64,000 nucleotides of DNA from Alphaproteobacteria bacterium (lineage in GTDB: Bacteria > Pseudomonadota > Alphaproteobacteria > GCA-2746255). Below the pieces are notes generated by a model that saw nothing but the letters and a program-made list of their open reading frames with translations, was not told the origin of the DNA and searched no databases. The stretch covers positions 518,056-582,055 of the forward strand of contig OZ252220.1 in the NCBI GenBank assembly GCA_965249135.1, read 5' to 3'. A program made the position numbers and the translations under genes. Shown piece by piece: positions 10,945-22,226 of the stretch (its first letter is position 1; every line of letters starts with the position of its first letter).

Positions 10945-11968
10945 CGCTGGGAATCCTCTTTTTGGCTAATTTGGCGATGGCTACCGTTTGACGGTGGTAT
11001 TGAACGACCGGGACGGCCGGGCTGCCGCCAACCGTTTCACCAGGGCCTACGTCGCGCGTGACCCCGGCCTGCCCGCCGATTCGGGCGCCGGATCCGATCA
11101 CAAGGTGGCCGGTCACCCCAGCTTGCCCACCAATGAACACATAGTCACCAAATTTTGTGCTCCCGGAAATTCCAACCTGCGCAACGAGGACGCAGCCATC
11201 ACCAAGTTCAACGTTGTGGGCAACCTGCACCAAGTTATCGATCATGCATCCGGCGCCGATCACCGTATCGGCGCTCGCGCCGCGATCGATCGTCACGTTG
11301 GCGCCGATCTCTACGTCATCCCGTATAAGGACCCGACCCAATTGAGGAACGCGCAAATGTCCCTCCGGATCGGGATGAAAACCAAAGCCATCCTGACCGA
11401 TCCGCGCGCCCGGGTAGATAATCACGCGCGACCCCACAACGCAGTGGGTCAATGAAGAACAGGCATCTATTCGACAATCGTCGCCGATCTGGACGTTCGG
11501 GCCGATGACCACATTCGGGCCAATCAAACAGCGCTCCCCAATTTCCGCCTGGGCGCCGATAACGGCGCCTGGCTCGATGCCGGTTCCTTTACCGATTTTC
11601 GCGGATGGGTCGACGCTTGCAGAGGCCGCAATTCCAGGCGTGATCGGTTTTGGTGGATAGAAGGCAGCGGCGATCCGCGCATACGTCCGATAGGGCTTCT
11701 CAACCTTCAACAAGATCATTTCGGCAGGCGCACGTTCCGCCATGTCCGGATGGACGATGCAGAGGCCCGCTTTGCTTTTTTCAAAAACCGGAAGGTATTT
11801 ACGATTGTCCAAAAAGCTTACGTGATTCGCTTCCGCCTTATCCAGAGGCGCGATATCTTCGAAGGCCCGGCTGGGATCCGCACCTTTCGGCAAGCCTATA
11901 CCGGCCATCTCGGAGATTTGCGCGAGGGTAAAAGGACCGGCGGATGAGAAGAAACGAGGATCAGGCAA
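10934..11968 (-). CDS. lpxD: UDP-3-O-acylglucosamine N-acyltransferase
   Basis: 344-aa hexapeptide-repeat protein in the lpxD-fabZ-lpxA order. Confidence 0.9.
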   Translation of the reverse strand: MPDPRFFSSAGPFTLAQISEMAGIGLPKGADPSRAFEDIAPLDKAEANHVSFLDNRKYLPVFEKSKAGLCIVHPDMAERAPAEMILLKVEKPYRTYARIAAAFYPPKPITPGIAASASVDPSAKIGKGTGIEPGAVIGAQAEIGERCLIGPNVVIGPNVQIGDDCRIDACSSLTHCVVGSRVIIYPGARIGQDGFGFHPDPEGHLRVPQLGRVLIRDDVEIGANVTIDRGASADTVIGAGCMIDNLVQVAHNVELGDGCVLVAQVGISGSTKFGDYVFIGGQAGVTGHLVIGSGARIGGQAGVTRDVGPGETVGGSPAVPVVQYHRQTVAIAKLAKKRIPSGDG

Positions 11969-11979
11969 GAAAGCGCCTC

Positions 11980-12534
11980 CTATTTAGGAATCGCCACCTT
12001 GGGAAGTTGCTCGTCTAAACGTTTCAACACCTCATCCGAAATATCGAATCCCTTGATGGCAAAGAGTACCGAATTCCCCGTTATGATCAGGTTGAGGCCG
12101 CGCTCCTGAGCAATAGCCCCAGAAATTTCAGAAAGTTTCACCTGAATTTCCTGGCTTGCCTTCTCGGATGTCCCGCGCAGCTTTGTTTGCCTATCGTCAA
12201 GAGTTTTAGCCAGTGACATAAGTTTCTTCTGGAACTCCTGCTGACGTTGCTTGAAGGCTTCCGGCGAAAGAAGGGTTTTCTGTCGAACAAGATCCTCACG
12301 CTGTTTCCCGAAATCCTTCTCCATGGCCTCGGCATCTGTCTGTATTGCCTTTGCCCGCTTATCCATTTCATCGCGTATCTGCTGATACGCTTTCGCCTTC
12401 GAGGCAATCACCGACATCTGCACGATACCGACCAGCGCTGGCGGCAAAGCCTGGGCCTGAACGGGCAAGCTTGGAGCTGTCGTAAAAAGAAATGCGGCAA
12501 TTAAAACGGGCAGGCCTTTAATGAATATTTTCAT
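11980..12534 (-). CDS. skp: Periplasmic chaperone Skp/OmpH
   Basis: 184-aa protein with a signal peptide and a coiled-coil Q/E/K-rich body, downstream of bamA. Confidence 0.8.
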   Translation of the reverse strand: MKIFIKGLPVLIAAFLFTTAPSLPVQAQALPPALVGIVQMSVIASKAKAYQQIRDEMDKRAKAIQTDAEAMEKDFGKQREDLVRQKTLLSPEAFKQRQQEFQKKLMSLAKTLDDRQTKLRGTSEKASQEIQVKLSEISGAIAQERGLNLIITGNSVLFAIKGFDISDEVLKRLDEQLPKVAIPK

Positions 12535-12570
12535 GATAAAATCACCCCGGTCTTACTGTCCCTCTTCATC

Positions 12571-14880
12571 CTAGAATACCCTTCCGAAGCTGAACCGGAA
12601 AAGCTCCTTCTCGTCAAAATTCTCTTTAAGAATCGGGATGCCGAAATCGCCTCGCACCGGCCCGAAAGGCGAATCCCAGGAAATTCCGAATCCGGCCGAC
12701 ATCCTTAGGCTGGCTTCATCCCGGACTTCCGGCCCTGTCGCGTCCACTTCCGTCAAACCACCAACATCTAGGAAAAGGACAGTCGAAACGCCGGTCGATT
12801 GCTCAAGACCCAGCGGCACCCTCAACTCCACGGAACCATTGTAGATGAAATTACCACCAAGTGCGTCATTCGCCACAATGTCGCGTGGGCCGACCCCGCT
12901 ATTTTCAAAGCCTCTGAGATTGCTCCCTCCGAGGAAAAAGCGGTCATTGATTCGGATTGCATCACTACCCAGCCGAAAGATATAGCCAACCCTGGCTGTA
13001 TAGCTAACGACCCATCTTCGGTCCACATCCAATGGCTGAAAATAGCCGCCATTCAACGAATTGCGTAGGTATTTGACATTCCCGCCAAGCCCGGCGATAT
13101 CGTTCCGCATGGCCACGAACCAACCTTCCGTCGTTTTCTTAGTTCGATCGCGCCGGTCGTATTGGAGCGTGTGGCCAATCAGAGACGTCGTGAAATCACC
13201 CTGCTGGTCGATCACGAAGCGAGAGGCGATCAAAGGCACATCTCGAAGATCATCTTTTTGGAATGTGTAATTCCAGTTTTGACGCAGGTGCTCACTCAAT
13301 ACATAGCCGCTTCGCAGCGTGAAGCCTGTCTGATCCAGCTGGAAGGAACTGAAGTCCGATTCATCTCTAGAGCGACTAAAAACATCAAAGCCCGCGACAA
13401 CTTCGTGCCCAAGAAAATAGGGCTCCGTAAAACTGATACTTTCTTCTTCATTCCTTTCAGCGATGCTGATAACGGCGCCAAGGCTCTGTCCTTTACCTAG
13501 AAAATTCCGTTCCTGGATCCGGAATTCCAAAAGCCCACCGGATGAGGTTGAAAAACCGATACCGATGCTGAAGTCGCCGGTGGATTTCTCCTCCACCTCC
13601 ACGTTAACGTTCGTTTGGTCCGGCTCCTCACCCGGCTCGTTCGTTACCTCTACTTCTTCGAAATAATCTAAATTTTCGATACGTTGCTTCGAACGATTCA
13701 TCTTCGACGTATTAAAGGCGTCGCCTTCCGCAAAGCGCATTTCTCGTCGAATCACGCGATCGACGGTTCGTTCATTGCCAACGATGTTAATGCGATCAAT
13801 AAAAACCCGCGGCCCCTCCTTAATCTCATAAGTAATTTTAACTCTCTGGTTGTCACGGTCTCGTTTGACTGCTGGCTTAACTTCAACAAAGGCGTACCCA
13901 AACTCACCAAGTTTATCCGTCAAATTATCGACAGATTGATCAACCTTGTCGGAGTTATACCAAGCATCCTCAAGCGTTGTTATGCTCTCACGTAAGAGAT
14001 TGGCATCAAGTTTTGGCAATGCATTTCGTATGGCAACTTGTCCAAAACGGAAGCGCCTTCCCTCATCAACCGTAAATGTGACAAAGAATGCCTCGCGATC
14101 CGCTGTAATCTCGGCAACGGCCGAGACGACGATAAATTCCGCGTAGCCATTCTTCAAATAAAATCGCCGAAGCAACTCTCGATCGAACGTTAAACGGTCA
14201 GGATCGTACGTATCGTCCTGGGCCCAAAAGCGATACCACCGCCACAGGCTAGTCAGAATAACGGTGCGAAGTTCACGATCTGAAAAGAGCTTATTGCCGA
14301 CGAAACTGATGCTTCGAATACCGGCAACCGGTCCTTCCGTAATTTCATGGACCAGCGTGATACGGTTTTCCTGATGCTGAATGATCTTCGGCGAAACCGT
14401 TGCCGCAAAATAGCCCCGGCGCCGATAAAGCGTGAGAATACGCTGGACATCTGCCTGAACTTTTGTCCGCGAATAGACAGATAGAGGGTTTAGCTGAACT
14501 TCTTCTTCAAAGTCCTCGTCCTCGATACTTTCATTTCCCTCGAAGGCAACGTCGCTGATGATCGGATTTTCGATCACCTGAACGATTAATGCATTCCCTG
14601 ATCGCCGAATCGTAATATCCGCAAACAACCCAGTAGCGAAAAGCGCCTTCAGCGATTGATCGACACGCGTTTCGTCATAAACATCCCCGGCCCGGACCAG
14701 CATGTAGGAATGAACGGTTATCGGCTCAATCCGCTGCGTTCCCTCGATCCGGACCTCTTCGATAATCTCGCCGCTTCGAAAATCCTGCGCCTGGACCGGA
14801 ACGCAAAACAGCAGAAGTTCGAGCAGCGTTAAGAAAAACACATACCCCTTCGGACCAATGGATGGTTGTCCGCGCCTCAA
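12571..14880 (-). CDS. bamA: Outer membrane protein assembly factor BamA
   Basis: 769-aa protein with POTRA repeats and a C-terminal beta-barrel ending ...FRFSFGRVF. The exact start is uncertain. Confidence 0.9.
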   Translation of the reverse strand: MRRGQPSIGPKGYVFFLTLLELLLFCVPVQAQDFRSGEIIEEVRIEGTQRIEPITVHSYMLVRAGDVYDETRVDQSLKALFATGLFADITIRRSGNALIVQVIENPIISDVAFEGNESIEDEDFEEEVQLNPLSVYSRTKVQADVQRILTLYRRRGYFAATVSPKIIQHQENRITLVHEITEGPVAGIRSISFVGNKLFSDRELRTVILTSLWRWYRFWAQDDTYDPDRLTFDRELLRRFYLKNGYAEFIVVSAVAEITADREAFFVTFTVDEGRRFRFGQVAIRNALPKLDANLLRESITTLEDAWYNSDKVDQSVDNLTDKLGEFGYAFVEVKPAVKRDRDNQRVKITYEIKEGPRVFIDRINIVGNERTVDRVIRREMRFAEGDAFNTSKMNRSKQRIENLDYFEEVEVTNEPGEEPDQTNVNVEVEEKSTGDFSIGIGFSTSSGGLLEFRIQERNFLGKGQSLGAVISIAERNEEESISFTEPYFLGHEVVAGFDVFSRSRDESDFSSFQLDQTGFTLRSGYVLSEHLRQNWNYTFQKDDLRDVPLIASRFVIDQQGDFTTSLIGHTLQYDRRDRTKKTTEGWFVAMRNDIAGLGGNVKYLRNSLNGGYFQPLDVDRRWVVSYTARVGYIFRLGSDAIRINDRFFLGGSNLRGFENSGVGPRDIVANDALGGNFIYNGSVELRVPLGLEQSTGVSTVLFLDVGGLTEVDATGPEVRDEASLRMSAGFGISWDSPFGPVRGDFGIPILKENFDEKELFRFSFGRVF

Positions 14881-16010
14881 GAGAAAAGCCCCCGAACGTA
14901 ATCCCCAACCGGCAGGCGGGCGAGGTCATTCCAGGTGGCAAAGATCATCAGCATGAGAACGAGGGCGAGACCGAGACGGAAGCCAATTTCGCGCGCCTTC
15001 ACGCTCGGTGGCCTGCCAAGCACGGCTTCAATTCCATAAAAAACAAGATGGCCGCCATCCAATAGAGGAATCGGAAAGAAATTGATGAGACCCAAATTGA
15101 TGGAAAGGATCGCCATGAACCACAGCATCGTCGTAATGCCGCCCCGCGCGGCCTCGCCAGACATCTGCGCGATGCCGATTGGACCACTCAGATCGTCCGC
15201 CGTGCGCGTGCCGACGATCATTTGACCGATCGCCTCCAGCGTCAGCAGGGTAAAGGCCACCGTCTCTTTCGAGCCTTCCCAAAGCGCCATGCCGGGGCCC
15301 CTGCGAACGAAGTCCACGCCGGCGCTGCGAATGCCAAGGCGGGCGATCCGTCGAACGTGCCCGAAGCGATTCGTCACCTCCGTCATATGAGGGGTTGCGA
15401 TCACGATCACTTCCTGACCATCGCGCTCGACAACGATCTCCAGCGACTCCCCCATGTTCAGGCTGATTTGGCGCTTAATGTCCTCAAAACGATCGATCGC
15501 GGCGCCATCAACCCGGCGTACGATGTCGCCGGCAGTTAAACCTGCCTCCTCGGCCGCGCTGCCCGACTGGATAGAGCCAATCGTAGCGGCCGTATAGGGC
15601 TGACCGACGGTCCCAAAAAGAACGGCGAAGACCACAATGGCGAACAGAAAATTCGCAAGCGGCCCGGCCATGACGATCGCAGTCCGTTGTCCGAGCCGTT
15701 TGTGGATGAAGGAGACCTGCTTGTCTTCTTCCGACAAAGATTTCGCCTCTTCGCTCTCTTTATCGATATCCATTTCACCAAACATCTTCACGTAACCGCC
15801 CAACGGCAGAACACTGAACTTCCAACGCGTGCCAACGCTATCGTTCCAGCCAAAGAGTTCGGGCCCGAAGCCGATCGAGAACGTTTCGACACGCACACCA
15901 TTGCGGCGCGCGATCAGGTAATGCCCCATCTCATGAACAAAGACGAGTGCAGTGAGAATAATCAGGAACGGAATGACGTAATCCCAGATTCCGACAAGCA
16001 GCTCGATCAC
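14877..16010 (-). CDS. rseP: RIP zinc metalloprotease RseP
   Basis: Has the HEMGHY zinc motif, a PDZ domain and an LDGG motif; 377 aa. Confidence 0.9.
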   Translation of the reverse strand: MIELLVGIWDYVIPFLIILTALVFVHEMGHYLIARRNGVRVETFSIGFGPELFGWNDSVGTRWKFSVLPLGGYVKMFGEMDIDKESEEAKSLSEEDKQVSFIHKRLGQRTAIVMAGPLANFLFAIVVFAVLFGTVGQPYTAATIGSIQSGSAAEEAGLTAGDIVRRVDGAAIDRFEDIKRQISLNMGESLEIVVERDGQEVIVIATPHMTEVTNRFGHVRRIARLGIRSAGVDFVRRGPGMALWEGSKETVAFTLLTLEAIGQMIVGTRTADDLSGPIGIAQMSGEAARGGITTMLWFMAILSINLGLINFFPIPLLDGGHLVFYGIEAVLGRPPSVKAREIGFRLGLALVLMLMIFATWNDLARLPVGDYVRGLFS

Positions 16011-16051
16011 AGCATTCGATTCCCGATTGACGCCCAGTGAAGGAGCCGGGC

Positions 16052-17230
16052 CTAGACCAATCCTGTGGCATGCCGCCGAGCAGCGGCATCCATTTCAAAG
16101 ACGTCCTCCAACCCATGGAGCTCCGGCGCAGCCAGGTGCTCCAGCGTTTCTTCGACGACCCGCGCAATATCCAGGAAGCCAATCTTGCCATCCAGAAACC
16201 CGGCAACGGCCACCTCGTTCGCGGCGTTCAGGATTGTAGGTGCGGCCCCCCCGCTTTGCAAGGACTGGCGGGCGAGTCGTAGGGCTGGGAATCGTTTTGA
16301 ATCAGGCGCTTCGAAGGTAAGTTCTCCGACCTTGCCAAGATCGAGGCGTGGCGATGGCGCCGGGATTCGTTCCGGCCAACCCAAGGTATAGGCAATCGGT
16401 GTGCGCATGTCGGGCATGCCAAGCTGTGCCAATACGGAACCATCCACGTAGAACACCATGCTGTGGATGACGGACTGCGGATGAACAAGGATGTCGATTT
16501 GATCCTTCTCCACGGGAAACAGGTAATAAGCCTCGATGAGTTCGAGGCCTTTGTTCATCATCGTCGCCGAATCCACGGAGATCTTCGCACCCATGTCCCA
16601 ATTCGGGTGGGCGACCGCCTGTTCGGGCGTCACTTTCGCCATTGCCTGGTGGTCCAGCTCTCGGAAAGGGCCCCCGGAAGCGGTAAGCATAATCTTCTCG
16701 ACCGCCGCACTCTGCCCCATGTCGAAAACCTGAAAGATGGCATTGTGCTCGGAATCAACCGGCAAGAGGGTCGCGCCACTCTTGCGAATCTCGGCAACCA
16801 TCAAATCGCCGGCGCAAACCAAGCATTCCTTGTTCGCCAGACCGACACTGCCGCCGCGGCGAATGGCGGCAAGCGTCGGTTCGAGTCCCGCCGCGCCGAC
16901 AATGGCCGCCATCACCCAGTCTGCCGGTCGCGTCGCAGCCTCGATCAGCGCGGCCTTACCGGCGGCTGTCTCGATACCGGTGCCGACAAGTGCTTCTTTG
17001 AGTTCGCCATAGAGATCGGAATCGCCAATGACGGCGAGCCGGGCGCCAAGCTTGCGGGCCTGCTCGGCAAGAAGCGCGACGTTTGTTTTCGCCGTCAATG
17101 CCTCGACGGCATAGGCCTCGGGGTTTTCCGCGATCAATTCCACCGTGTTCGTGCCAATCGATCCCGTCGAGCCCAGGATCGTCACCCGCTTCGGTGCGAC
17201 TTCCGGTTTTGGCATTCGCTGCAAAGTCAT
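16052..17230 (-). CDS. dxr: 1-deoxy-D-xylulose 5-phosphate reductoisomerase
   Basis: The VTILGSTGSIG NADPH-binding motif identifies Dxr. The start is trimmed to MTLQRMPKP (cat at 17228-17230) because the ORF-track extension overlaps cdsA. Confidence 0.9.
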   Translation of the reverse strand: MTLQRMPKPEVAPKRVTILGSTGSIGTNTVELIAENPEAYAVEALTAKTNVALLAEQARKLGARLAVIGDSDLYGELKEALVGTGIETAAGKAALIEAATRPADWVMAAIVGAAGLEPTLAAIRRGGSVGLANKECLVCAGDLMVAEIRKSGATLLPVDSEHNAIFQVFDMGQSAAVEKIMLTASGGPFRELDHQAMAKVTPEQAVAHPNWDMGAKISVDSATMMNKGLELIEAYYLFPVEKDQIDILVHPQSVIHSMVFYVDGSVLAQLGMPDMRTPIAYTLGWPERIPAPSPRLDLGKVGELTFEAPDSKRFPALRLARQSLQSGGAAPTILNAANEVAVAGFLDGKIGFLDIARVVEETLEHLAAPELHGLEDVFEMDAAARRHATGLV

Positions 17231-18084
17231 GGAAACACCCAGCTTTCCGTCAACCACTTCACCAGCATGACGACTGGCGCCACAATCAGCAAGCCATCCA
17301 AGCGGTCCATCAGTCCGCCATGCCCAGGAATCAGTTTTCCGGTGTCCTTCACGCCAAAATGCCGTTTTATGGCCGATTCGCCGAAATCGCCGCCCTGGGC
17401 AACGATGGCAAGCGCGGCGCCGAAGGCGCCAAGCAACCCGGCCGCCGGCAGGTCGAGCCCCCGCGCCACCCCCCATCCGGCAAGGCCCGCGAAGACGATG
17501 GCGCCGATGAAACCCGCCCAGGTTTTATGGGGGCTGATGCGGGGCGCCAGTTTTGGACCACCGATGGTGCGGCCAAACGCGTAGGCGGCAATGTCCGTTG
17601 CCCAGACGACCCCAAGCACCCAGAAAAAGATCGCCCTTCCGGCCGCCGGATCGTGCCTGAGCCAAAGGCAGGCGATGCAAGGAATCGCCACATAAAGGAG
17701 GCCCCCGGCAAGCCAGACGCCTTTGCCATCCTCTTCGAAACGGCCGGCAAGATAGAGGCCGACTACGCCGACGGCCAAAAGGCCGACGGCCACCCGATCC
17801 GGCCCCGCGATCGCCGCGGCAACGCTCAGCAACACCAGGGCCAGCAATGCCCAGCCCATCGGCCGCACCCTGCCGCCGCCGCAAAGCCCGGCCCATTCAT
17901 AGGCCAGACCCGCCGCCACAAACAGGATTAGCGCGTCGAAATAAGGTGGGCCGAAATAAACGATCGCAAGGGTTGGCGGAACGAGAACGATCGCCGATAC
18001 GACCCGACGCGAAAGGGAAGACCCGTCCTTATGCGCCGGAAGTGCCGTACCGTCGTTCGCGGTTTGCGAATTCCCGGACCGCAT
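17227..18084 (-). CDS. cdsA: Phosphatidate cytidylyltransferase
   Basis: 285-aa membrane protein with the CTP-transferase signature (...GHGGLMDRLDGL...). It overlaps dxr by ATGA; the start is approximate. Confidence 0.85.
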   Translation of the reverse strand: MRSGNSQTANDGTALPAHKDGSSLSRRVVSAIVLVPPTLAIVYFGPPYFDALILFVAAGLAYEWAGLCGGGRVRPMGWALLALVLLSVAAAIAGPDRVAVGLLAVGVVGLYLAGRFEEDGKGVWLAGGLLYVAIPCIACLWLRHDPAAGRAIFFWVLGVVWATDIAAYAFGRTIGGPKLAPRISPHKTWAGFIGAIVFAGLAGWGVARGLDLPAAGLLGAFGAALAIVAQGGDFGESAIKRHFGVKDTGKLIPGHGGLMDRLDGLLIVAPVVMLVKWLTESWVFP

Positions 18085-18826
18085 TCTCGAGATCCCCTTG
18101 CGTAAAGTCTGGCCAGAATTTATCGAGAAACACGAATTCCGTGTACGCAGATTGCCAGAGCAAGAAATTGCTTATGCGCTTTTCGCCGCTGGTCCGGATG
18201 ATCAGGTCTGGATCCGGCATGCCGGCGGTTTCGAGGTAAGTCGTGAACAAAGATTCCGAAATATCCTCAACGGCAATCTTTCCCTTCACTGCTTCTGCCG
18301 CAAGCCCCCGTGCCGCCTCGACGATTTCACTTCGCCCCCCATAGCTGAGCGCAATGGTAAGATTGATGACTGCATTATCTTTCGTTGCTTCCTCGACCCC
18401 CTCGATAAGACCAACGATATCCGGATCGAGTTTCGTGCGGTCGCCAATGATGCGCAGCCGAACACCGTTCTCCATCATTTCCTCGAGTTCATTCCGCAGA
18501 TAAAACCGAAGAAGCTGCATCAGATCGCGGATTTCCCCACGTGGACGTTTCCAGTTTTCCGAAGAAAACCCGAACAGCGTCAAGTAAGAAACGCCAAGCT
18601 TCGCCGCTCCCTTGACGGTGCGGCGGACGGCTTCGGCGCCACGCTTGTGACCGGCCACCCGTGGCAGATGGCGTGCCCCGGCCCAGCGCCCATTGCCATC
18701 CATGATGATGGCGACGTGCTTAGGCACGGGCAGCGTTTCACTTATGGAAGGAAGCGGTTCCATGGCTAGACGTGCGAAATTTCCTTTGTCTTCGTTCCCA
18801 GGATTTCGTCGGTTTTGTGAATGCAA
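18029..18826 (-). CDS. uppS: Undecaprenyl diphosphate synthase
   Basis: Has the [13 protein letters not shown] motif. The true start is probably the internal Met near 18763. Confidence 0.85.
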   Translation of the reverse strand: MHSQNRRNPGNEDKGNFARLAMEPLPSISETLPVPKHVAIIMDGNGRWAGARHLPRVAGHKRGAEAVRRTVKGAAKLGVSYLTLFGFSSENWKRPRGEIRDLMQLLRFYLRNELEEMMENGVRLRIIGDRTKLDPDIVGLIEGVEEATKDNAVINLTIALSYGGRSEIVEAARGLAAEAVKGKIAVEDISESLFTTYLETAGMPDPDLIIRTSGEKRISNFLLWQSAYTEFVFLDKFWPDFTQGDLENAVREFANRERRYGTSGA

Positions 18827-19323
18827 TCATCGGTCAAAGTCTGAATTTTCTGTGACCAGCTGTGGTGTTCGTCCTTGGAAATTTCTCCATCTTTTTCCAT
18901 GTGCTTCAGAAGATCCATCCCGTCTCGCCGGACGTTGCGGACGGCGACCTTTGCCTGCTCCGCATATTTTGCGGCAATCTTCATCAATTCGGTCCGGCGT
19001 TCTTCGGTGAGTTCCGGAATGGGGACTCGCAAGATCTGGCCTTCAATCACCGGATTGAGGCCTAACCCGGATTCACGGATCGCCTTGTCCACCGCCTTCA
19101 CGTTCGCCTGGTCCCAGACCTGGACCGAAAGCATGCGCGGCTCGGGTACGTTGATCGTTCCGATCTGTGTAATCGGCATCGGATTTCCATAGGCCTCGAC
19201 GACGAGTGGTTCCAGAAGGCTCGCGGAAGCGCGGCCCGTGCGCAAGCCTCCAAACTCCTTATGAAGCGCCGTCAGCGCGCCTTCCATGCGTCGTTTTATG
19301 TCATCCAGGTCGGGCTCGGCCAT
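18766..19323 (-). CDS. frr: Ribosome recycling factor
   Basis: [20 protein letters not shown]... matches Frr. The ORF-track start at 19350 lies inside the 19-bp duplication; the Met at 19323 fits homologues. Confidence 0.85.
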   Translation of the reverse strand: MAEPDLDDIKRRMEGALTALHKEFGGLRTGRASASLLEPLVVEAYGNPMPITQIGTINVPEPRMLSVQVWDQANVKAVDKAIRESGLGLNPVIEGQILRVPIPELTEERRTELMKIAAKYAEQAKVAVRNVRRDGMDLLKHMEKDGEISKDEHHSWSQKIQTLTDDCIHKTDEILGTKTKEISHV

Positions 19324-20102
19324 GGGTTTAGCCTCTTTTCCCTTCGCCATCGTCTTTTCCCTTCGCCATCGTCGATGATCGTAAAATCGCCCTTGCCTTG
19401 CACCGCCTGGGCGAAGCCTCCCGGCTCGTGGATCGAAAACACGACGATCGGAATCCGGTTGTCGCGCGCCAGCGAGATCGCCGAGGTGTCCATGACCGCC
19501 AGATCCTGGGAAATGACGTCGAGATAGGTCAAATGGGTATAACGCACCGCATCCGGCACCTTGTGGGGATCGTCGCTGTACACCCCATCCACCTGCGTGC
19601 CCTTGAGGATCGCATCGCAGCCCATCTCCACGGCCCTCAGCGTCGCGGCGGTGTCCGTCGTGAAGAAGGGGTTGCCGGTGCCGGCCGCAAAGATGACGAC
19701 ACGCCCCTTCTCCATATGGCGCGCCGCCCGGCGGCGAATATAGGACTCGCAGATCCTTTCCATCGAGATCGCCGATTGAACACGGGTCGGAATATCGAGC
19801 TGCTCGAGCGCGTTTTGAACGGCAAGCGCGTTGATCACCGTGGCCAGCATTCCCATGTGGTCGGCCCCTGTCCGGTCGAATCCCTCCACCGCGCCGGAAA
19901 CGCCCCGGAAGACGTTGCCGCCGCCGATGACGAGGCAGACCTCGACGCCGGCGCGATGGACCTCGGCAACGTCCAGGGCGATGCGCTTAAGGGCGGCCGG
20001 ATTGATCCTATAGCCGTCGGACCCCGTGAGGGCCTCGCCGGAGACCTTCAGTAGAACCCGTTGATAAGGTGGGGATATTTTGGTGGATTTCGCGGCTTCC
20101 AT
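19296..20102 (-). CDS. pyrH: UMP kinase (C-terminus extended by a 19-bp tandem duplication)
   Basis: Has the KVSGEAL motif. The ORF reads through the duplicated 19-mer and ends with a non-conserved tail (...[19 protein letters not shown]); a single copy would end ...[11 protein letters not shown]. Confidence 0.85.
   Translation of the reverse strand: MEAAKSTKISPPYQRVLLKVSGEALTGSDGYRINPAALKRIALDVAEVHRAGVEVCLVIGGGNVFRGVSGAVEGFDRTGADHMGMLATVINALAVQNALEQLDIPTRVQSAISMERICESYIRRRAARHMEKGRVVIFAAGTGNPFFTTDTAATLRAVEMGCDAILKGTQVDGVYSDDPHKVPDAVRYTHLTYLDVISQDLAVMDTSAISLARDNRIPIVVFSIHEPGGFAQAVQGKGDFTIIDDGEGKRRWRREKRLNPWPSPTWMT
19334..19371. repeat. Perfect 19-bp tandem duplication (TCTTTTCCCTTCGCCATCG x2) at the pyrH stop / frr start
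   Basis: Read directly from the sequence: units at 19334-19352 and 19353-19371, followed by a partial third TCG. Confidence 0.9.
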
Positions 20103-20193
20103 GGCATCGTCCGTGTCGATTTCCTAGTCGCCGGGGCCGTGGGTCGAAGCACCGGCATGATGGCATAAGCGCTTAAGCGACGCTAGCCATGCC

Positions 20194-21120
20194 TCAATCG
20201 CCAAGCTGCGCTGCGACTTCGGCGGCAAAATCGCTTGCTTTGCGTTCGAGCCCTTCGCCGAGCGCGAAGCGGAGAAAACCGGCCACCTGGATCGGGGCGC
20301 CGACTTCCTTTTCTGCCGCCTCCAGCGCCTTTGCCACCTTCGTTTCGCCGTCGATGACGAAGGTCTGCTCAAGAAGGGCAACTTCCTCGTAATATTTGTG
20401 AAGGCGGCCTTTCACCATCTTCTCGATGATCTCTTCGGGCTTCCCGCTCGCCCGTGCCTGGGCGGAAAGCACCTCGCGCTCCCGTGCCAGATCGGCCGGA
20501 TCGATGGCTTCGATCGTTACCACCTGGGGGTTTGAGGCGGCGACGTGCATGGCCAGCTGCCTCCCGAAGGCATCCAATTTCTCCGGATCCCCGGTCGATT
20601 CGAGGGCGACGAGGACGCCGATCTTGCCAAGTGACGGCGCCACCGCGTTGTGCATGTAGGAAGCCACGATACCCGGTGACACGCGAAGAACCCCTTCCCT
20701 GCGAAGGGTCAGGTTTTCCCCGATCGTCACCACCAGCTCGTTCAGCCTTTCCCCGATCGTCCCGCCTTGCGCAAGGCTGGCCTTCTCCAGTGCGTCGATC
20801 CCGGCGCTGCCCGCCTCCAGCACCGTCTCCGCAACGGCTTGAACGAAGCCCTGAAACGTCTCGTTACGGGCGACGAAGTCCGTCTCCGCATTCACCTCGA
20901 CGAGGGCGCCGCCGCCAGCGCCTGTGGCGATCCCCACCAGCCCCTCGGCGGCCATACGCCCCGCCTTCTTCGCGGCAGTCGCGATGCCCTGCTTGCGCAG
21001 CCAGTCGACCGCCGCCTCCAAGTCGCCAGCGACCTCGGCAAGGGCACACTTGCAGTCCATCATGCCGACGCCCGTCTTCTCACGAAGCGTCTTGACCATT
21101 TGGGCGGTAATCTCGGGCAA
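20194..21120 (-). CDS. tsf: Elongation factor Ts
   Basis: The MPEITAQMVKTLREKTGVGMMDCKCAL N-terminus identifies EF-Ts. Confidence 0.95.
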   Translation of the reverse strand: MPEITAQMVKTLREKTGVGMMDCKCALAEVAGDLEAAVDWLRKQGIATAAKKAGRMAAEGLVGIATGAGGGALVEVNAETDFVARNETFQGFVQAVAETVLEAGSAGIDALEKASLAQGGTIGERLNELVVTIGENLTLRREGVLRVSPGIVASYMHNAVAPSLGKIGVLVALESTGDPEKLDAFGRQLAMHVAASNPQVVTIEAIDPADLAREREVLSAQARASGKPEEIIEKMVKGRLHKYYEEVALLEQTFVIDGETKVAKALEAAEKEVGAPIQVAGFLRFALGEGLERKASDFAAEVAAQLGD

Positions 21121-21185
21121 GCTTAAACTTATTCCTAAGAAAATTTACTTAACTATCTAATTTTTATAATTATTTATTCGATAGC

Positions 21186-22025
21186 TCAACTGGCTGATGG
21201 CGCTTCCCCGGCCGGTTTCTCGACGTCCGTAGCGACCGCTTCGGCCGGTGGGGAGCTTTCCTCCGGCACCCTCGTGCCCGCCACCGCCTCCTCCGCCGCC
21301 TCGGCATCGGCTCCGACGTCCTCGCCGGACGCGCGGCGTTCCTGCTGCAGTCCGTCGAGAGCGGCGCCGGCAATGAGGTTGCAATAGATGTTGATCGCCC
21401 GAATGGCGTCGTCATTGCCCGGAATCGGATGGGCGATCCCCTGCGGAGAGCTGTTGCTGTCGAGCACCGCGACGATCGGGATATTCAGCTTGATGGCTTC
21501 CTTGGCCGCGATCTCCTCGCGGTTTGTGTCCACGATGAACAAGATGTCCGGCAGACCCCCCATCTCCTTGATGCCGCCAAGGGCCCGCTCCAGCTTGTCC
21601 TGCTCACGCGTAAGCTGCAGGGTTTCCTTCTTCGTCAGCAGCGTCGTCTCGGCGGTAAGCTGCTCTTCGAGCTCGCGAAGGCGCTTGATCGACTGCGAAA
21701 TCGTCTGCCAGTTCGTCAGCATACCGCCCAGCCAGCGATGGTTGACGTAGTACTGCCCGCAGCGGGACGCCGATTCGGCGATCGTCTCGGTAGCCTGGCG
21801 CTTCGTACCGACGAAGAGCACCCGTCCGCCTTCCGCGACGGTGTTCCGGACCACCTTCATTGCCGCATGGAGAAGTGGCACGGTTTGGTCGAGATTGATG
21901 ATATGAACGCCGTTGCGGACCCCAAACAGATAAGGGGCCATCTGCGGATTCCACCGCCGGACGACGTGGCCGAAATGAACGCCCGCCTCGAGAAGCTGGC
22001 GCATCGTAAAGGTCGGAAGTGCCAT
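21186..22025 (-). CDS. rpsB: 30S ribosomal protein S2
   Basis: [20 protein letters not shown]... matches S2. It carries an acidic Ala/Glu-rich C-terminal tail, and the upstream ORF-track extension is spurious. Confidence 0.9.
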   Translation of the reverse strand: MALPTFTMRQLLEAGVHFGHVVRRWNPQMAPYLFGVRNGVHIINLDQTVPLLHAAMKVVRNTVAEGGRVLFVGTKRQATETIAESASRCGQYYVNHRWLGGMLTNWQTISQSIKRLRELEEQLTAETTLLTKKETLQLTREQDKLERALGGIKEMGGLPDILFIVDTNREEIAAKEAIKLNIPIVAVLDSNSSPQGIAHPIPGNDDAIRAINIYCNLIAGAALDGLQQERRASGEDVGADAEAAEEAVAGTRVPEESSPPAEAVATDVEKPAGEAPSAS

Positions 22026-22226
22026 AGCCTTAAGTCTTCTCCGGTTCGACCTCCGCGGGAAAAACATTCGACGCGAGGACGCGCCGAACACCGGATCGGT
22101 CTCCCGAAGCGCAGCGCCCCAGAAACCGCTTCCCGCGTGTGAATTTGATCGACCGTTACATAGCCGGATTGCCCCCTCTTTTTCAAGCAAAAAGGTTGAA
22201 AATGCAAGGCGTTGGCGGGGATTCCC

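Noticed and set aside
16052-17476. Long N-terminal extensions on ORF-track entries for dxr, rpsB, nuoE, nuoB, nuoF, clpP, lolD, lpxI, hupB, frr, tig and DUF1467.
   Set aside because: Each extension overlaps the upstream gene in another frame, is Arg/Gly-rich nonsense typical of high-GC read-through, and has a conserved internal Met/Val start matching homologue N-termini. Starts were trimmed accordingly.
22026-22226. A 200-nt rpsB leader / dnaE 3' region with an A/T hairpin (CTTTTTGCTTGAAAAAG), considered as a dnaE terminator or an S2 autoregulatory leader.
   Set aside because: The stem is entirely A/T and weak, and there is no support for a conserved structure from sequence alone. Left as unannotated leader.
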